Made by a program: the position numbers and the translations under genes
Assembly (NCBI GenBank): GCA_965205165.1
Contig: OZ242037.1
Span: 1,706,576-1,770,575, forward strand
Origin: Dehalococcoidia bacterium
Lineage (GTDB): Bacteria > Chloroflexota > Dehalococcoidia > Bin125
DNA: 64,000 nt
Reading direction: 5' to 3'
Shown: in pieces, positions 27,594 through 39,078 of the stretch
How the letters are laid out: every line of letters begins with the position of its first letter
How positions within the stretch are numbered: position 1 is the stretch's first letter
The notes under the pieces: model-generated
The model's database searches: none
What the model was told of the DNA's origin: nothing
Seen by the model: only the letters and a program-made list of their open reading frames with translations

Positions 27594-28277
27594 GTGGCTA
27601 CGGTGTTGATCGTGGAGGATGAGGGGCATTTGGCGGAGACGCTGCGGTTCAACTTGGCGGCGGAGGGGTACACGGTGCGGACGGCTGGGGACGGTGCGGA
27701 GGGGTTGTCGCTGGCGCGGGCGCTGCGGCCGGATTTGGTGCTGCTGGACGTGATGCTGCCGAAGTTGGACGGGACGGAGGTGCTGCGTGGGATTCGGGAG
27801 CATTCGCTTGCGCCGGTGGTGCTGCTGACGGCGCGGGCGGGGGAGGCGGACCGGGTGCGGGGTTTGGATTTGGGAGCGGACGACTACGTGGTGAAGCCGT
27901 TCAGCATGGCGGAGTTGAAGGCGCGGGTTCGGGCGCATTTGCGGCGGAAGCAGCTGCCGACGGAGTTGATCGGGGAGCGGCGGATTGCGTTCGGGGGGTT
28001 CGAGCTGGACTTGGACCGGCGGGTGCTGAGCCGGGGCGGGGAGCAGGTGGGGCTGCGTCCGAAGGAGTACGAGGTGCTGGCGTACTTGGCGCAGCGGGCG
28101 GGGAAGGCGTTCACGCGGGATCAGCTGCTGAACGACGTGTGGGACATTTCGTACGGAGGGGGGACGCGGACGGTGGACGTGCATGTGCGCTGGCTGCGGA
28201 GCAAGATCGAGGAGCCGGGGGCGGAGCCGCGGCATCTGATCACGGTGCGCGGGGTGGGCTACCGTTTCGAGCGCTGA
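27594..28277 (+). CDS. OmpR/PhoB-family response regulator
   Basis: The receiver domain is 'VLIVEDEGHL...LVLLDVMLPKLDG'. A winged helix follows in '...VDVHVRWLRSKIE...GVGYRF'. Confidence 0.85.
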   Translation: MATVLIVEDEGHLAETLRFNLAAEGYTVRTAGDGAEGLSLARALRPDLVLLDVMLPKLDGTEVLRGIREHSLAPVVLLTARAGEADRVRGLDLGADDYVVKPFSMAELKARVRAHLRRKQLPTELIGERRIAFGGFELDLDRRVLSRGGEQVGLRPKEYEVLAYLAQRAGKAFTRDQLLNDVWDISYGGGTRTVDVHVRWLRSKIEEPGAEPRHLITVRGVGYRFER

Positions 28278-28291
28278 GGAGTCTTTTGACG

Positions 28292-29620
28292 ATGCTGGCC
28301 AATGCGACGGCCGCGATTCTGACGGTGGGGGTTTTGTGGGGGCTGGCTGGGCTGGTGCTGGTGAATTCGCTGGACGATTGGATGATCGCCGTGGCAGGCG
28401 CGGCAGGCGGCTTGGTTCTGTGGGCGATCTGGATGTGGATGCGGGCGCGGCAGCGGCGGCGGGAGCGGGGGTTGATCGCGGCGGTGGCGGCTTCTGCCGG
28501 GCTGGAAGCGCCGCGGGGCGAGTCGTCGGAGGCGGAGGTCCGCACGGTGGCGGAGGGCGTGTCGGCGTTGTCGGATTCGCTGGCGCAGGCGCGCGCGGAG
28601 CGGGGGCAGTTCGAGGGGGCGTTGGCGGCTACGGGGGACGTGGTGCTGGCGGTGGACGGGGATAGGCGGATTGCGTATGCGAATCCGGCGGCGCGGGCGG
28701 CGCTGGGGGAGGGAGCGCGGGAGGGTGCGGCGCTGATCGATGCGGTGTCGGATCCGGTGTTGATCACGGCGGTGGAGCGGGCGCTGGCGGAGCCGGGGGC
28801 GGTGTCGTTGAACGTGATGGAGGATTCGCGGCATTACCAGGCGGTGATTGCGCCGCTGGGGGGCGAGGGGGGCTGGCGCTTGGCGGTGGCGCTGCGGGAT
28901 TTGAGCGATCGGCATGAGGCGGAGGCGGCGCGGCGGGATTTTTTCGTGAACGCGTCGCACGAGTTGCGGACGCCGCTGGCGACGATCGCGGCGGCGGCGG
29001 AGACGCTGGAGATTGCGGAGCGGCGGGAGGATGTGGCGAAGTTCGGGGGGATCATTCAGGCGGAGACGGAGCGGATGGGGCAGTTGGTGGAGGAGATGCT
29101 GGCGCTGGCGCGTTTGGAGTCTGGGTTGACGGAGCCGGAGATCGAGGAGGTGGAGGCGGGGGAGCTGGTGGATGGGGCGGTGGCGGCGATTCGGACGCAG
29201 GCGGAGCGGGCTGGGGTGTCGTTGTCGGCGGAGTGCGATGGGGGGCGGGTGTCGGCGGATCCGGAGTTGGCGCGACGGGCGGTGCTGAATTTGCTGCACA
29301 ATGCGGTGAAGTTCACGCCGGCTGGGGGTTCGGTGGAGGTGTTCACGGAGGTTGGGGAGGAGCCCGGGAGCGGTGCGCCGATGCTGTGGTTCCGGGTGCG
29401 GGATACGGGGATCGGGGTGGAGCCGGCTGATCGGACGCGGATTTTCCAGCGGTTCTACCGGGTGGATGGTGCGCGGTCGCGTTCGGGGGGGACGGGTTTG
29501 GGGCTGGCGGTGGTGCGGCATATTGCGGAGGTGCACGGGGGAGCGGTGTCGTTGGAGAGCGAGGTTGGGGAGGGTTCGACGTTCGGATTTTCGGTGCCGA
29601 TGGCGGCGGGCGGGCGCTAA
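28292..29620 (+). CDS. Sensor histidine kinase (PhoR/SenX3-like)
   Basis: Two N-terminal transmembrane segments precede the H-box 'VNASHELRTPLATI' and the HATPase motifs 'LLHNAVKFT...GTGLGLAVVRHI'. Confidence 0.85.
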   Translation: MLANATAAILTVGVLWGLAGLVLVNSLDDWMIAVAGAAGGLVLWAIWMWMRARQRRRERGLIAAVAASAGLEAPRGESSEAEVRTVAEGVSALSDSLAQARAERGQFEGALAATGDVVLAVDGDRRIAYANPAARAALGEGAREGAALIDAVSDPVLITAVERALAEPGAVSLNVMEDSRHYQAVIAPLGGEGGWRLAVALRDLSDRHEAEAARRDFFVNASHELRTPLATIAAAAETLEIAERREDVAKFGGIIQAETERMGQLVEEMLALARLESGLTEPEIEEVEAGELVDGAVAAIRTQAERAGVSLSAECDGGRVSADPELARRAVLNLLHNAVKFTPAGGSVEVFTEVGEEPGSGAPMLWFRVRDTGIGVEPADRTRIFQRFYRVDGARSRSGGTGLGLAVVRHIAEVHGGAVSLESEVGEGSTFGFSVPMAAGGR

Positions 29621-29720
29621 CTGGGTTTTAACGGGGCGTTCCCCGCTTGTTAACCGCTGGCTTGGGGGGGCGTTCGTAGGCTGCCGTGCGAACGGAGCGG
29701 GAACGAGAGGGAGGCTGGAC

Positions 29721-30809
29721 ATGAGCGGACTGATGCGGGGGCGGGTTTGGCTGCTGGGGCTGCTGCTGGCGGTGGGCGTTGCCTTGGCGGCTTGCGGCGG
29801 GGGCGGGCAGCAGGAGGCGGAGGAGCGGGTGGCGGCTGCGAGTTCGGGCGGGGCGTCGGATTCCAGCAGCGCGGCGGCTGGTGCGGATGAGGGGTTGAGG
29901 GGGGAGATTCAGATTGACGGGTCGTCGACGGTGTTTCCGATCACGGAGGCGGTGGCGGATGCGTTCCGGTTCGAGCAGGGCGGGGTGGCGGTGACGGTGG
30001 GGGTGTCGGGGACGGGCGGGGGGTTCAAGCGGTTCTGCGCGGGGGAGACGGACATTTCTGGGGCGAGCCGGCCGGTGCGGGAAGCGGAGGTGGAGTTGTG
30101 CGCGGAGGCGGGGGTCGAGTTCGTGGAGCTGCCGGTGGCGTTCGACGGGCTGACGGTGGTGGTGAATCCGGAGAATGACTGGGTGGATCAGTTGACGGTG
30201 GGGGAGTTGCACAGGATTTTCCGTCCGGAGGATTACGCGGTGACGTGGGCGGATGTGCGGGAGGGGTTCCCGGATGTGGAGATTTCGCTGTACGCGCCTG
30301 GGTCGGATTCGGGGACGTTCGACTATTTCACGGAGACGGTGAACGAGGATGGGGGGGCGCATCGTTCGGATGACACGACGTTTTCGGAGGATGACAACGT
30401 GCTGGTGCAGGGGGTGGCGTCGGAGCGGGGGGGGATCGGGTACTTCGGGTTCAGCTACTACGCGAACAATCGGGAGCGGCTGAAGGCGGTGGCGGTGGTG
30501 AACGAGGCGGGGGAGGCGGTGCTGCCGTCGAAGGAGTCGATCAACGACGGGTCGTACAATCCGCTGTCGCGGCCGCTGTTCGTCTACGTGAGGACGTCGT
30601 CGCTGGATCGGGCGGAGGTGGCGGCGTTCGTGGATTTCTACTTGAACGAGGGGCGGGGGCTGGTGGATTCGCCGGAGGTGGGGTACGTGCAGTTGCCGGG
30701 GGAGTTGTACGAGGCGGTGCTGAGGCGGGTGGCTTCGCGGGTGGCTGGGTCGGCGGTGGCGGCGGCTGGGGAGGGGGCGACGCTGGCGGAGACGTTCGGG
30801 GAGCGGTAG
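29721..30809 (+). CDS. pstS: Phosphate ABC transporter substrate-binding lipoprotein PstS
   Basis: The signal peptide has the lipobox 'LAACGG'. 'IQIDGSSTVFPITEAVAD...' matches PstS. The RBS is GAGGGAGG. Confidence 0.9.
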   Translation: MSGLMRGRVWLLGLLLAVGVALAACGGGGQQEAEERVAAASSGGASDSSSAAAGADEGLRGEIQIDGSSTVFPITEAVADAFRFEQGGVAVTVGVSGTGGGFKRFCAGETDISGASRPVREAEVELCAEAGVEFVELPVAFDGLTVVVNPENDWVDQLTVGELHRIFRPEDYAVTWADVREGFPDVEISLYAPGSDSGTFDYFTETVNEDGGAHRSDDTTFSEDDNVLVQGVASERGGIGYFGFSYYANNRERLKAVAVVNEAGEAVLPSKESINDGSYNPLSRPLFVYVRTSSLDRAEVAAFVDFYLNEGRGLVDSPEVGYVQLPGELYEAVLRRVASRVAGSAVAAAGEGATLAETFGER

Positions 30810-30858
30810 GGGCTCGCAGATTGCGGCGGGTCGGGGAGCAGGGGAGCGAGGGCGGAGC

Positions 30859-31845
30859 GTGAGCGGCGAGGCGCCCCAGGGACGGGATTCGGCGCGTTCG
30901 CTGCTGGCGGAGTTGTGGCGGGAGCGGCTGCAGCCGAGTCGGCCGAGCAGCGGGCGGGAGACGGCGGCGGGGCGGGCGGTTCATTTGGCGCTGTTCTTGA
31001 CGGCGGCGGCTTCGGCGTTCGTGACGCTGGGGATCGTGCTGGTGCTGATTTTCGAGACGGTGGAGTTTTTCCGGGAGGTGCCGTTCTTCGATTTCGTCGG
31101 GGAGACGGAGTGGTCGGCGCTGTTCGCGGAGAAGAAGTTCGGGGTGTGGGCGCTGGTGTGGGGGACGATGCTGGTGGCGGTGGTGGCGCTGGCGATCGCG
31201 GTGCCGATCGGGTTGATGGCGGCGATATTCCTGAGCGAGTACGCGCGGCCGCGGGTTCGGGCGGCGCTGAAGCCGATGCTGGAGATTTTGGCGGGGGTGC
31301 CGACGGTGGTGTTCGGGTATTTCGCGCTGCTGGCGGTGAGTCCGGTGGTGCAGGACGCGGCGGGCTGGCTGGGGCTGGAGGTGGGGATCTTCAACGCGCT
31401 GAGCGCGGGGATCGTGATGGGGATCATGATCGTGCCGATGGTGTCGTCGCTGAGCGAGGACGCGATGAACGCGGTGCCGCGGTCGTTGCGGGAGGGTTCG
31501 TACGCGCTGGGGGCGACGCGGATGGAGACGGCGCTGCGGGTGGTGCTGCCGGCGGCGTTTTCGGGGGTGGTGGCGTCGGTGGTGCTGGCGATGTCGCGGG
31601 CGGTCGGGGAGACGATGATCGTGACGATCGCGGCTGGGGGGAATCCGCAGTTTTTGGTGGATCCGCTGCAGGCGGTGCAGACGATGACGGCGATGATCGT
31701 GCAGTTGAGCCTGGGTGACACGCCGACGACGAGCATCGAGTTCAAGGTGCTGTTCGCGGTGGGGATGACGCTGTTCGCGATGACGCTGGCGATGAACATC
31801 GCGGCGGCTTGGGTGTCGAGCCGGTTCCGGCAGGCGTACGAATGA
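30859..31845 (+). CDS. pstC: Phosphate ABC transporter permease PstC
   Basis: A polytopic permease with PstC-like sequence lying in operon context between pstS and pstA. Confidence 0.9.
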   Translation: MSGEAPQGRDSARSLLAELWRERLQPSRPSSGRETAAGRAVHLALFLTAAASAFVTLGIVLVLIFETVEFFREVPFFDFVGETEWSALFAEKKFGVWALVWGTMLVAVVALAIAVPIGLMAAIFLSEYARPRVRAALKPMLEILAGVPTVVFGYFALLAVSPVVQDAAGWLGLEVGIFNALSAGIVMGIMIVPMVSSLSEDAMNAVPRSLREGSYALGATRMETALRVVLPAAFSGVVASVVLAMSRAVGETMIVTIAAGGNPQFLVDPLQAVQTMTAMIVQLSLGDTPTTSIEFKVLFAVGMTLFAMTLAMNIAAAWVSSRFRQAYE

Positions 31846-33173
31846 CGGCGGCGGCGGCGACTGGGCCGGCGAGGGGGGCGTACCGGGCGCGGGTGAGGGC
31901 GCGGCGGCTGTTGTCGTCGACGTTCCTGGTCGGGTGCGTGGGGGCGATTTTGATCGGGTTGGCGCTGCTGGGTGCGCTGGTGTTCGACGTGGTGCGGGAC
32001 GGGGGGGCGGTGGCGTTCACGTCGGGCGGGACGGACGGGCTGCCGGCGGGGATGGGGTGGATGGCGTGGGCGGTGCCGGCGGCGATGGCGCTGCCGTTCC
32101 TGGCGCCGCGGCTGGGGTTTGCGCGGGCTGGGGTGCGCGGGCGGGGGTTGAAGCTGCTGGCGGCGGGGTCGACGGCGCCGATCGCGGTGTTCATGCACGT
32201 GCTGTACGCGCTGTACGAGGGGGCGCCGGTTGGGGCGGATCCGTCGTACTACATCGAGTTGGAGGGTGCTCGGCACGTGTTCGCGCTGCTGGGGGAGGCG
32301 TCGGGCTGGCAGTTTGCGCGGATTGCCTTCTTCGGGTTCCTGATTCCGGGGGGGCTGGTGCTGTGGGCGTGGCGGGGTGCGGAGCGGCTGCGGTCGCCGT
32401 CGCTGATTTTTCCGCTGCTGGGGATTGGGGCGTGGTGCTTCTACCTGTTCCTGGATTCTGGGTTCCTGCACAATTTCCAGTCGTCGAGTCCGGACCGGGC
32501 GGGGATTTTCACGGCGGTGACGGGGACGCTGTACATGATGGCGATCACGGCGGCGGTGGCGTTTCCGCTGGGGGTTGGGGCGGCGGTGTACCTGGAGGAG
32601 TACGCGAGGCGGAGCTGGTTTTCGCGGATGATCCAGGTGAACATCTCGAATTTGGCGGGGGTGCCGTCGATCATCTACGGGCTGCTTGGGTTGCAGCTGT
32701 TCGTGCGGGCGCTGGAGTTCGAGCGTTCGGTGCTGGCGGGGGCGTTCACGATGGCGCTGCTGGTGATGCCGATCATCGTGGTGGCGGCGCAGGAGTCGCT
32801 GCGGGCGGTGCCGCCGTCGATGCGTGAGGCGGCGTACGCGGTGGGGGCGACGCGGTGGCAGGTGGTGCGGCACCACGTGCTGCCGTACGCGTTCGGGGGG
32901 ATGCTGACGGGGAACATATTGGCGATGTCGCGGGCGATCGGGGAGACGGCGCCGCTGATCGCGATCGGGGCGCTGACGTTCATCACGTTCCTGGCGGATG
33001 ATCCGCGGGACGATTTCACGGTGCTGCCGATCATGATCTTCAACTACGTGTCGCGTCCGCAGGCGGGGTTCCACGCGGTGGCGGCGGGGGCGATCATCGT
33101 GCTGCTGGCGGTGCTGCTGCTGATGAATTCGGCGGCGATCATCATGCGTCACCGGACGCGGACGGAGTGGTAG
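31842..33173 (+). CDS. pstA: Phosphate ABC transporter permease PstA
   Basis: Its ATG overlaps the pstC stop. A polytopic permease carrying the EAA-like loop '[12 protein letters not shown]'. Confidence 0.9.
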   Translation: MTAAAATGPARGAYRARVRARRLLSSTFLVGCVGAILIGLALLGALVFDVVRDGGAVAFTSGGTDGLPAGMGWMAWAVPAAMALPFLAPRLGFARAGVRGRGLKLLAAGSTAPIAVFMHVLYALYEGAPVGADPSYYIELEGARHVFALLGEASGWQFARIAFFGFLIPGGLVLWAWRGAERLRSPSLIFPLLGIGAWCFYLFLDSGFLHNFQSSSPDRAGIFTAVTGTLYMMAITAAVAFPLGVGAAVYLEEYARRSWFSRMIQVNISNLAGVPSIIYGLLGLQLFVRALEFERSVLAGAFTMALLVMPIIVVAAQESLRAVPPSMREAAYAVGATRWQVVRHHVLPYAFGGMLTGNILAMSRAIGETAPLIAIGALTFITFLADDPRDDFTVLPIMIFNYVSRPQAGFHAVAAGAIIVLLAVLLLMNSAAIIMRHRTRTEW

Positions 33174-33177
33174 GGCG

Positions 33178-33471
33178 ATGGGGCGGCTGAGAGGCTGGAG
33201 TTGGCGGCGGGCGGTGCTGGGGGCGCAGTTGGCGCTGGCGGCGGGGGGGATCGCGGTGGGGGTGTACGCGGGTGCGATGGGGGATAGGCTGATCGACCTG
33301 AACGCGGTGTTCGCGGAGGGGGAGATCGCGGCGGAGGAGTACACGCCGGAGTTGTGCGCGGAGATCGGTGACAGCCTGCGGCTGAATCCGAATGCGTACG
33401 CGGGGCCGCCGAGTCCGGTGTCGGCGCGGTACTACTTCGCGGAGCCGTACGGGGAGCACTGCCCGCGGTGA
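33178..33471 (+). CDS. Small hypothetical membrane-anchored protein inserted between pstA and pstB
   Basis: A 97-aa ORF fills the pstA-pstB gap. It has a single hydrophobic segment. It is supported only by position and ORF length. Confidence 0.3.
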   Translation: MGRLRGWSWRRAVLGAQLALAAGGIAVGVYAGAMGDRLIDLNAVFAEGEIAAEEYTPELCAEIGDSLRLNPNAYAGPPSPVSARYYFAEPYGEHCPR

Positions 33472-33498
33472 TGCGGGCGATTTTGGGAGAGGGCGCAG

Positions 33499-34443
33499 AT
33501 GTCGAGGAATCCGCTGACCACGCTGTTCAGCCGCGCGGCGACGGAGGAGCCGGCGGGGATGGCGGCCTCGGGGGCGCCTGGTCCGGCTGGTCCGTTGGGG
33601 CCACGGGCGATTGATCCGCCGCCGGCGCCGGAGATGGGGCCGGGGCCGGAGGCGGAGGTGCGGCATGATGAGGAGATCGAGGATGCGGCGGTGGAGTTGG
33701 AGGAGGTGTCGGTGTTCTACGGGAGTTTCCAGGCGGTGGATCGGGTGTCGCTGAAGGTGGCGCAGCGGCGTGTGACGGCGTTGATCGGGCCTTCGGGGTG
33801 CGGGAAGTCGACGCTGCTGCGGAGCTTGAATCGGATGAACGACTTGATTCCGGGTGCGCGGGCGGAGGGTCGGATCCGGTTCGGGGGGATGGATTTGCTG
33901 GCGGCGAAGGTGGATGCGGTGGACGTTCGGCGGCGGATCGGGATGGTGTTCCAGAAGCCGAATCCGTTTCCGAAGTCGATTTACGAGAACGTGGCGTTCG
34001 GTGCGCGGATCAACGGGTACGGGGGGGACATGGATCGGCTGGTGGAGGAGTCGCTGCGGCGGGCGGCTTTGTGGGAGGAGGTGAAGGACGACTTGGGGAA
34101 GAGCGGTTTGGCGCTTTCGGGGGGTCAGCAGCAGCGGCTGTGCATCGCGCGGACGATCGCGGTGGAGCCGGAGGTGATTTTGATGGATGAGCCGGCGAGC
34201 GCGCTGGATCCGGTGGCGACGCTGAAGATCGAGGATTTGATGCGGGAGTTGGCGGAGGAGTACACGATCGTGGTGGTGACGCACAACATGCAGCAGGCTG
34301 GGCGGGTGTCGGACTACACGGCGTTTTTGCTGGCTGGGGAGGAGCGGACGGGGCGGCTGGTGGAGTTCGGGCCGACGACGGAGATCTTCACGAATCCGCG
34401 GGACCAGCGGACGGAGGACTACATTACGGGGAGGTACGGCTGA
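33499..34443 (+). CDS. pstB: Phosphate ABC transporter ATP-binding protein PstB (start uncertain; ~50-aa P/G-rich N-terminal extension if 33499)
   Basis: Walker A 'GPSGCGKST', the signature 'LSGGQQQR' and Walker B 'ILMDEP' are all present. Confidence 0.9.
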   Translation: MSRNPLTTLFSRAATEEPAGMAASGAPGPAGPLGPRAIDPPPAPEMGPGPEAEVRHDEEIEDAAVELEEVSVFYGSFQAVDRVSLKVAQRRVTALIGPSGCGKSTLLRSLNRMNDLIPGARAEGRIRFGGMDLLAAKVDAVDVRRRIGMVFQKPNPFPKSIYENVAFGARINGYGGDMDRLVEESLRRAALWEEVKDDLGKSGLALSGGQQQRLCIARTIAVEPEVILMDEPASALDPVATLKIEDLMRELAEEYTIVVVTHNMQQAGRVSDYTAFLLAGEERTGRLVEFGPTTEIFTNPRDQRTEDYITGRYG

Positions 34444-34479
34444 GGAGCGGGAGCGAGCGGGCGGGATGACGGAGATGAC

Positions 34480-35154
34480 GTGACGAGGACGACGTTTTCG
34501 AATGATCGGCAGGGGGTGCTGGAGCGGCTGCGGCTGCTGCATGCGCAGGCGGATCGGTCGATCGTGGATTCGATGGAGGCGCTGCTGCGGCGGGACCTGA
34601 TTTTGGCGCGGGCGGTGTGCGAGAACGACGACGCGATCAACCGGCTGCGGTTCGACATCGAGGAGGACGTGCTGAATCTGGTGGCGCTGCAGCAGCCGGT
34701 GGCGGGTGATTTGCGGGAGTTGCTGGGGGTGAACGCGATCGCGTCGAACTTGGAGCGGATCGCGGATCATGCGGAGGGGATCGCGCGGATCGCGATTTTC
34801 CTGGGGGACGACGCGCTGGCGGCGACGGAGCCGGACTTGTGGCGAATGGCGGACGTGGTTCGGGAGATGCTGACGGCGAGCATGCGGGCGTTCATCGAGC
34901 GGGACGCGGATTTGGCGCGGGCGACGTGCGACCGTGACGACGAGGTGGATGATCTGTACACGGCGGTGCACGGGCGGCTGCTGGAGCGGATCGGGGGGGT
35001 GCGGCGGGAGGCGTCGGAGTTCGATGCGTTCACGCACGTGATTTGGTGCAGCCACAATTTGGAGCGGATCGGGGATCGTGCGACGAACATCTGCGAGCGG
35101 GCGCTGTTCTTGGTGACGGGGAATTTCCAGGACGTGAACGTGTCGCGGTACTGA
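34480..35154 (+). CDS. phoU: Phosphate signalling complex protein PhoU
   Basis: Two PhoU repeats are present, with 'NLERIADHAEGIAR' and 'NLERIGDRATNICE'. Confidence 0.9.
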   Translation: MTRTTFSNDRQGVLERLRLLHAQADRSIVDSMEALLRRDLILARAVCENDDAINRLRFDIEEDVLNLVALQQPVAGDLRELLGVNAIASNLERIADHAEGIARIAIFLGDDALAATEPDLWRMADVVREMLTASMRAFIERDADLARATCDRDDEVDDLYTAVHGRLLERIGGVRREASEFDAFTHVIWCSHNLERIGDRATNICERALFLVTGNFQDVNVSRY

Positions 35155-35182
35155 GGTTCGGGCGGCTGGCTAGGCTCGGGGG

Positions 35183-35740
35183 GTGGAAGCGGTCGTCATT
35201 GGGCTGATTCGGGTGGCGGGATCGCTGCCGGTGCTGCGGTGGGCGTTCGTGGGCGGTTTGGTGGCGGTGTTCACGGATTTGTCGGATTTGTTCTGGCGGG
35301 AGTGGCTGGATCTTGGGGGGATTTCGAACTACCAGGGTTGGGACAAGTGGCTGGATCAGGTGTACATGGGGCTGTTCCTGGCGGTGGCGCTGCGGTCTTG
35401 GACGGGTTGGGAGCGGCAGATCGCGGTCGCGCTGTTCGCGTACCGGCTGATCGGGTTCGCGGCGTTCGAGCTGGGGCTGGGGGATCGGGGGATTCTGCTG
35501 TTCTTTCCGAACGTGTTCGAGTTCTGGTTCTTGTTCGTCGCGTCGCGGCGGCATTGGCCGCGGCGGTTGACGGGGCGGGTTGGGGACGGGGACGCGCCGG
35601 CGCTGGGGCTGCGGGGGGTGGTTGGCTGGCTGGGGTTCTTGACGGCGCTGAAGGTGGGGCAGGAGTACATGCTGCACGGGGGGCAGTGGCTGGACCGGTA
35701 CGGGGCGTTCGAGTTCATGGAGATGCTGTGGCCGTTCTAG
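35183..35740 (+). CDS. Hypothetical polytopic membrane protein
   Basis: A 185-aa product with several hydrophobic helices. It starts at a GTG. Confidence 0.5.
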   Translation: MEAVVIGLIRVAGSLPVLRWAFVGGLVAVFTDLSDLFWREWLDLGGISNYQGWDKWLDQVYMGLFLAVALRSWTGWERQIAVALFAYRLIGFAAFELGLGDRGILLFFPNVFEFWFLFVASRRHWPRRLTGRVGDGDAPALGLRGVVGWLGFLTALKVGQEYMLHGGQWLDRYGAFEFMEMLWPF

Positions 35741-35765
35741 GGGTTTGCGCCGCGTAAGGGGGCGC

Positions 35766-35786
35766 GGGGGTATCCTGCGCGGGCGC
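35766..35786 (+). promoter_or_regulatory. Recurrent promoter-like motif GGTATCCTGCGCGGG (approximate coordinates) upstream of ABC ATPase 35813
   Basis: The TATCCTGCGCGG core is shared with the other instances. Confidence 0.4.
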
Positions 35787-35812
35787 GGGATTGAGTGTTT
35801 GGCAGGGAGCAG

Positions 35813-36744
35813 ATGACGACGAGCGCGGCGATGCCGCCGATTTCGGTCGAGGACGTGCCGCGGGGGCGGCATGTGGTGTGCCGCGATCTGTTCAAGATCT
35901 ACAAGATCGCGGATTTGGAGGTGGTGGCGCTGCGGGGGCTGGATTTGAGCGTGGCGGAGGGGGAGGTGCTGGCGATCGTGGGGGCATCGGGTTCGGGGAA
36001 GTCGTCGCTGCTGAATGTGCTGGCGGGGCTGGACGTGCCGAGCGCGGGGACGGCGTTCGTGAACGGGCGTGATCTGCTGCAGATGTCGGAGGCGGACATG
36101 GTGCGGTACCGGCGCGAGGAGGTGGGGTTCGTGTGGCAGCAGACGAGCCGGAACTTGATTCCGTACCTGTCGTCGCAGCAGAACATCGAGGTGCCGATGA
36201 TTTTGTCGGGGCGATCGCGGAGGGCGGCGCGGGAGCGGGCGCAGGAATTGCTGGAGGCGGTGGGGCTGACGGAGAAGCGGCGGCAGCGGCCGGATCAGTT
36301 GTCGGGGGGGGAGCAGCAGCGGGTGAGCATCGGGGTGGCGCTGGCGAATGATCCGCCGCTGCTGCTGGCGGACGAGCCGACGGGGGAGTTGGACACGCAC
36401 ACGTCGGAGGAGATTTTCGAGTTGTTCCGGCGGTTGTCGCAGCAGTTCGGGTTGACGATCGTGGTGGTGACGCATGATCCGGCGATTGCGGCGCGGGTGG
36501 ATCGGGTGGTGGCGATTCGGGATGGATCGATTGCGACGGAGACGGTGCGGCGGATCGAGAATGCGGGGACGGAGTTGTCGGAGGTGGTGCATGAGGAGTT
36601 CGCGGTGGTGGACAGCGCGGGGCGGCTGCAGATTCCGAAGCCGCTGGCGGGGGCGGTGGACTTGGGATCGCGGGTGAAGGTGGACGAGCGCGACGGGCGG
36701 ATCGTGATCACGCCGGTGCGTTCGGCGGACGGGCCGCCGCCGCG

Positions 36745-36748
<4 letters not shown>
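35813..36748 (+). CDS. ABC transporter ATP-binding protein (MacB/LolD-like)
   Basis: Walker A 'GASGSGKSSL', the signature 'LSGGEQQRV' and Walker B 'LLLADEPTGELD' are present. Confidence 0.85.
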
Positions 36749-38037
<1,289 letters not shown>

Positions 38038-38338
38038 GGGCGTCGCAACGGCGTGCTGGCGACTGGGCATGACCGGGCCAGCGTGATCCGGGCAGCGGGC
38101 GCGGCACCGTCGGCGCGAGCCGGCACGGACGTGAAAAGACGGGGTTGCGGGGGTGTTCAGATTGCGTGCTTGGGGCCGCGGGTTGGGCGGATATGCTCGG
38201 CGTCATGGCCGCTGCTCTGGTTTATCGGGATGATCTGCCTCGGGGTTGTCCGCCGGGGGGCGCGGAGATCAGGGGCACGGTGGTCGTCTATCGCTGGGTT
38301 GAGCATGATCCGGTCGACGCGGACGAGGATTTCAAGTC

Positions 38339-38707
38339 ATGAAGAAGGTTCTCCACGCGCGGGTGCTGGACTACTACGACGGGCCTTTGGTGATCGAGGC
38401 GGTGGATGAGGATGGGCGGCGCTACCTGTGCGATTCCCTGCCGGCGGATGGGGAGGGCAGGCGGTTCATCGTGGTGCCGGTGACGGATGGGGAGGTTGGG
38501 GAGCTCAATCGGGGGGAGGCTTGCATGCGGGTGATGATGGAGCGGGTTGGTTGCGGGGAGTGGTATTTGTCGGTGCCGCATTGGGATTTCAGGGAGCCGT
38601 TCGGGATCGAGCGGCAGGCGGGGGCGATTGGGGAGAGCGGGAAGCTGCCGGGGGAGGGGTACATGCTGACGGGGGCTTGGGATGAGGAGGAGGCGGGCGG
38701 GAGATGA
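38339..38707 (+). CDS. Small hypothetical protein, paralog A of a duplicated pair (immunity-protein-like size)
   Basis: A 122-aa product that is near-identical over about 80 aa to the 39079..39444 product ('...VVPVTDGEVGELNRGEACMRVM...YLSVPHWDFREPFGIERQAGAIGESGKLPGEGYMLTGAWDEEE'). Confidence 0.55.
   Translation: MKKVLHARVLDYYDGPLVIEAVDEDGRRYLCDSLPADGEGRRFIVVPVTDGEVGELNRGEACMRVMMERVGCGEWYLSVPHWDFREPFGIERQAGAIGESGKLPGEGYMLTGAWDEEEAGGR
38380..38695 (+). repeat. Direct repeat copy 1 (~315 bp, approximate coordinates), the coding body of duplicated small gene A
   Basis: Near-identical to 39120..39435. About 220 bp at the 3' end differ by only a few nucleotides. Confidence 0.7.
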
Positions 38708-39000
38708 AGAAGGGGGAGAGGTTGAGGTCTGATGGGGCGGGGGGTGAGGTCGGCGGGAGCAGGCGGGGGCTCGTGGTTTCTTTTGCGGTGATCTTTGTGG
38801 GCATTGTCGGGGGGATGTACTTGATCGAGGCGTTTTTGATCGGGCCGGAGACGGAGTACGGGGGGTTGATCGCGCTTGGGGCGAGCAGCGGGGCGGTGCT
38901 GTTGGGGATTGAGATCGCGCGCCGCACGCGGCTGGGCAGGTATCTGCCGGTGCTCGTGATTTGGGCTTTGCTGGGGCTCGTGCTTGACTTGGCGGCCTAG
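38704..39000 (+). CDS. Small hypothetical membrane protein between the duplicated genes
   Basis: A 98-aa product with two hydrophobic helices. It overlaps the upstream stop. Confidence 0.4.
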   Translation: MKKGERLRSDGAGGEVGGSRRGLVVSFAVIFVGIVGGMYLIEAFLIGPETEYGGLIALGASSGAVLLGIEIARRTRLGRYLPVLVIWALLGLVLDLAA

Positions 39001-39078
39001 CGGGGATTTTGGCGTCGGGGCTCGTGTCCGTGTCGTTGACCGGGGCGGGGGGGCAGTGATGAGGGGAGCGGTGGTCGA

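Noticed and set aside
29620-29720. Possible Pho-box or terminator between the histidine kinase and pstS
   Set aside because: Only a weak 5-bp stem ('cgggg/ccccg') and two 'gttaac' half-sites are present. This is not enough to call a PhoB/RegX3 operator or an intrinsic terminator without comparative data.
38145-38342. 65-aa ORF abutting the first duplicated small gene
   Set aside because: No RBS or recognisable domain. It may be a degraded remnant. There is too little evidence to call it a gene.
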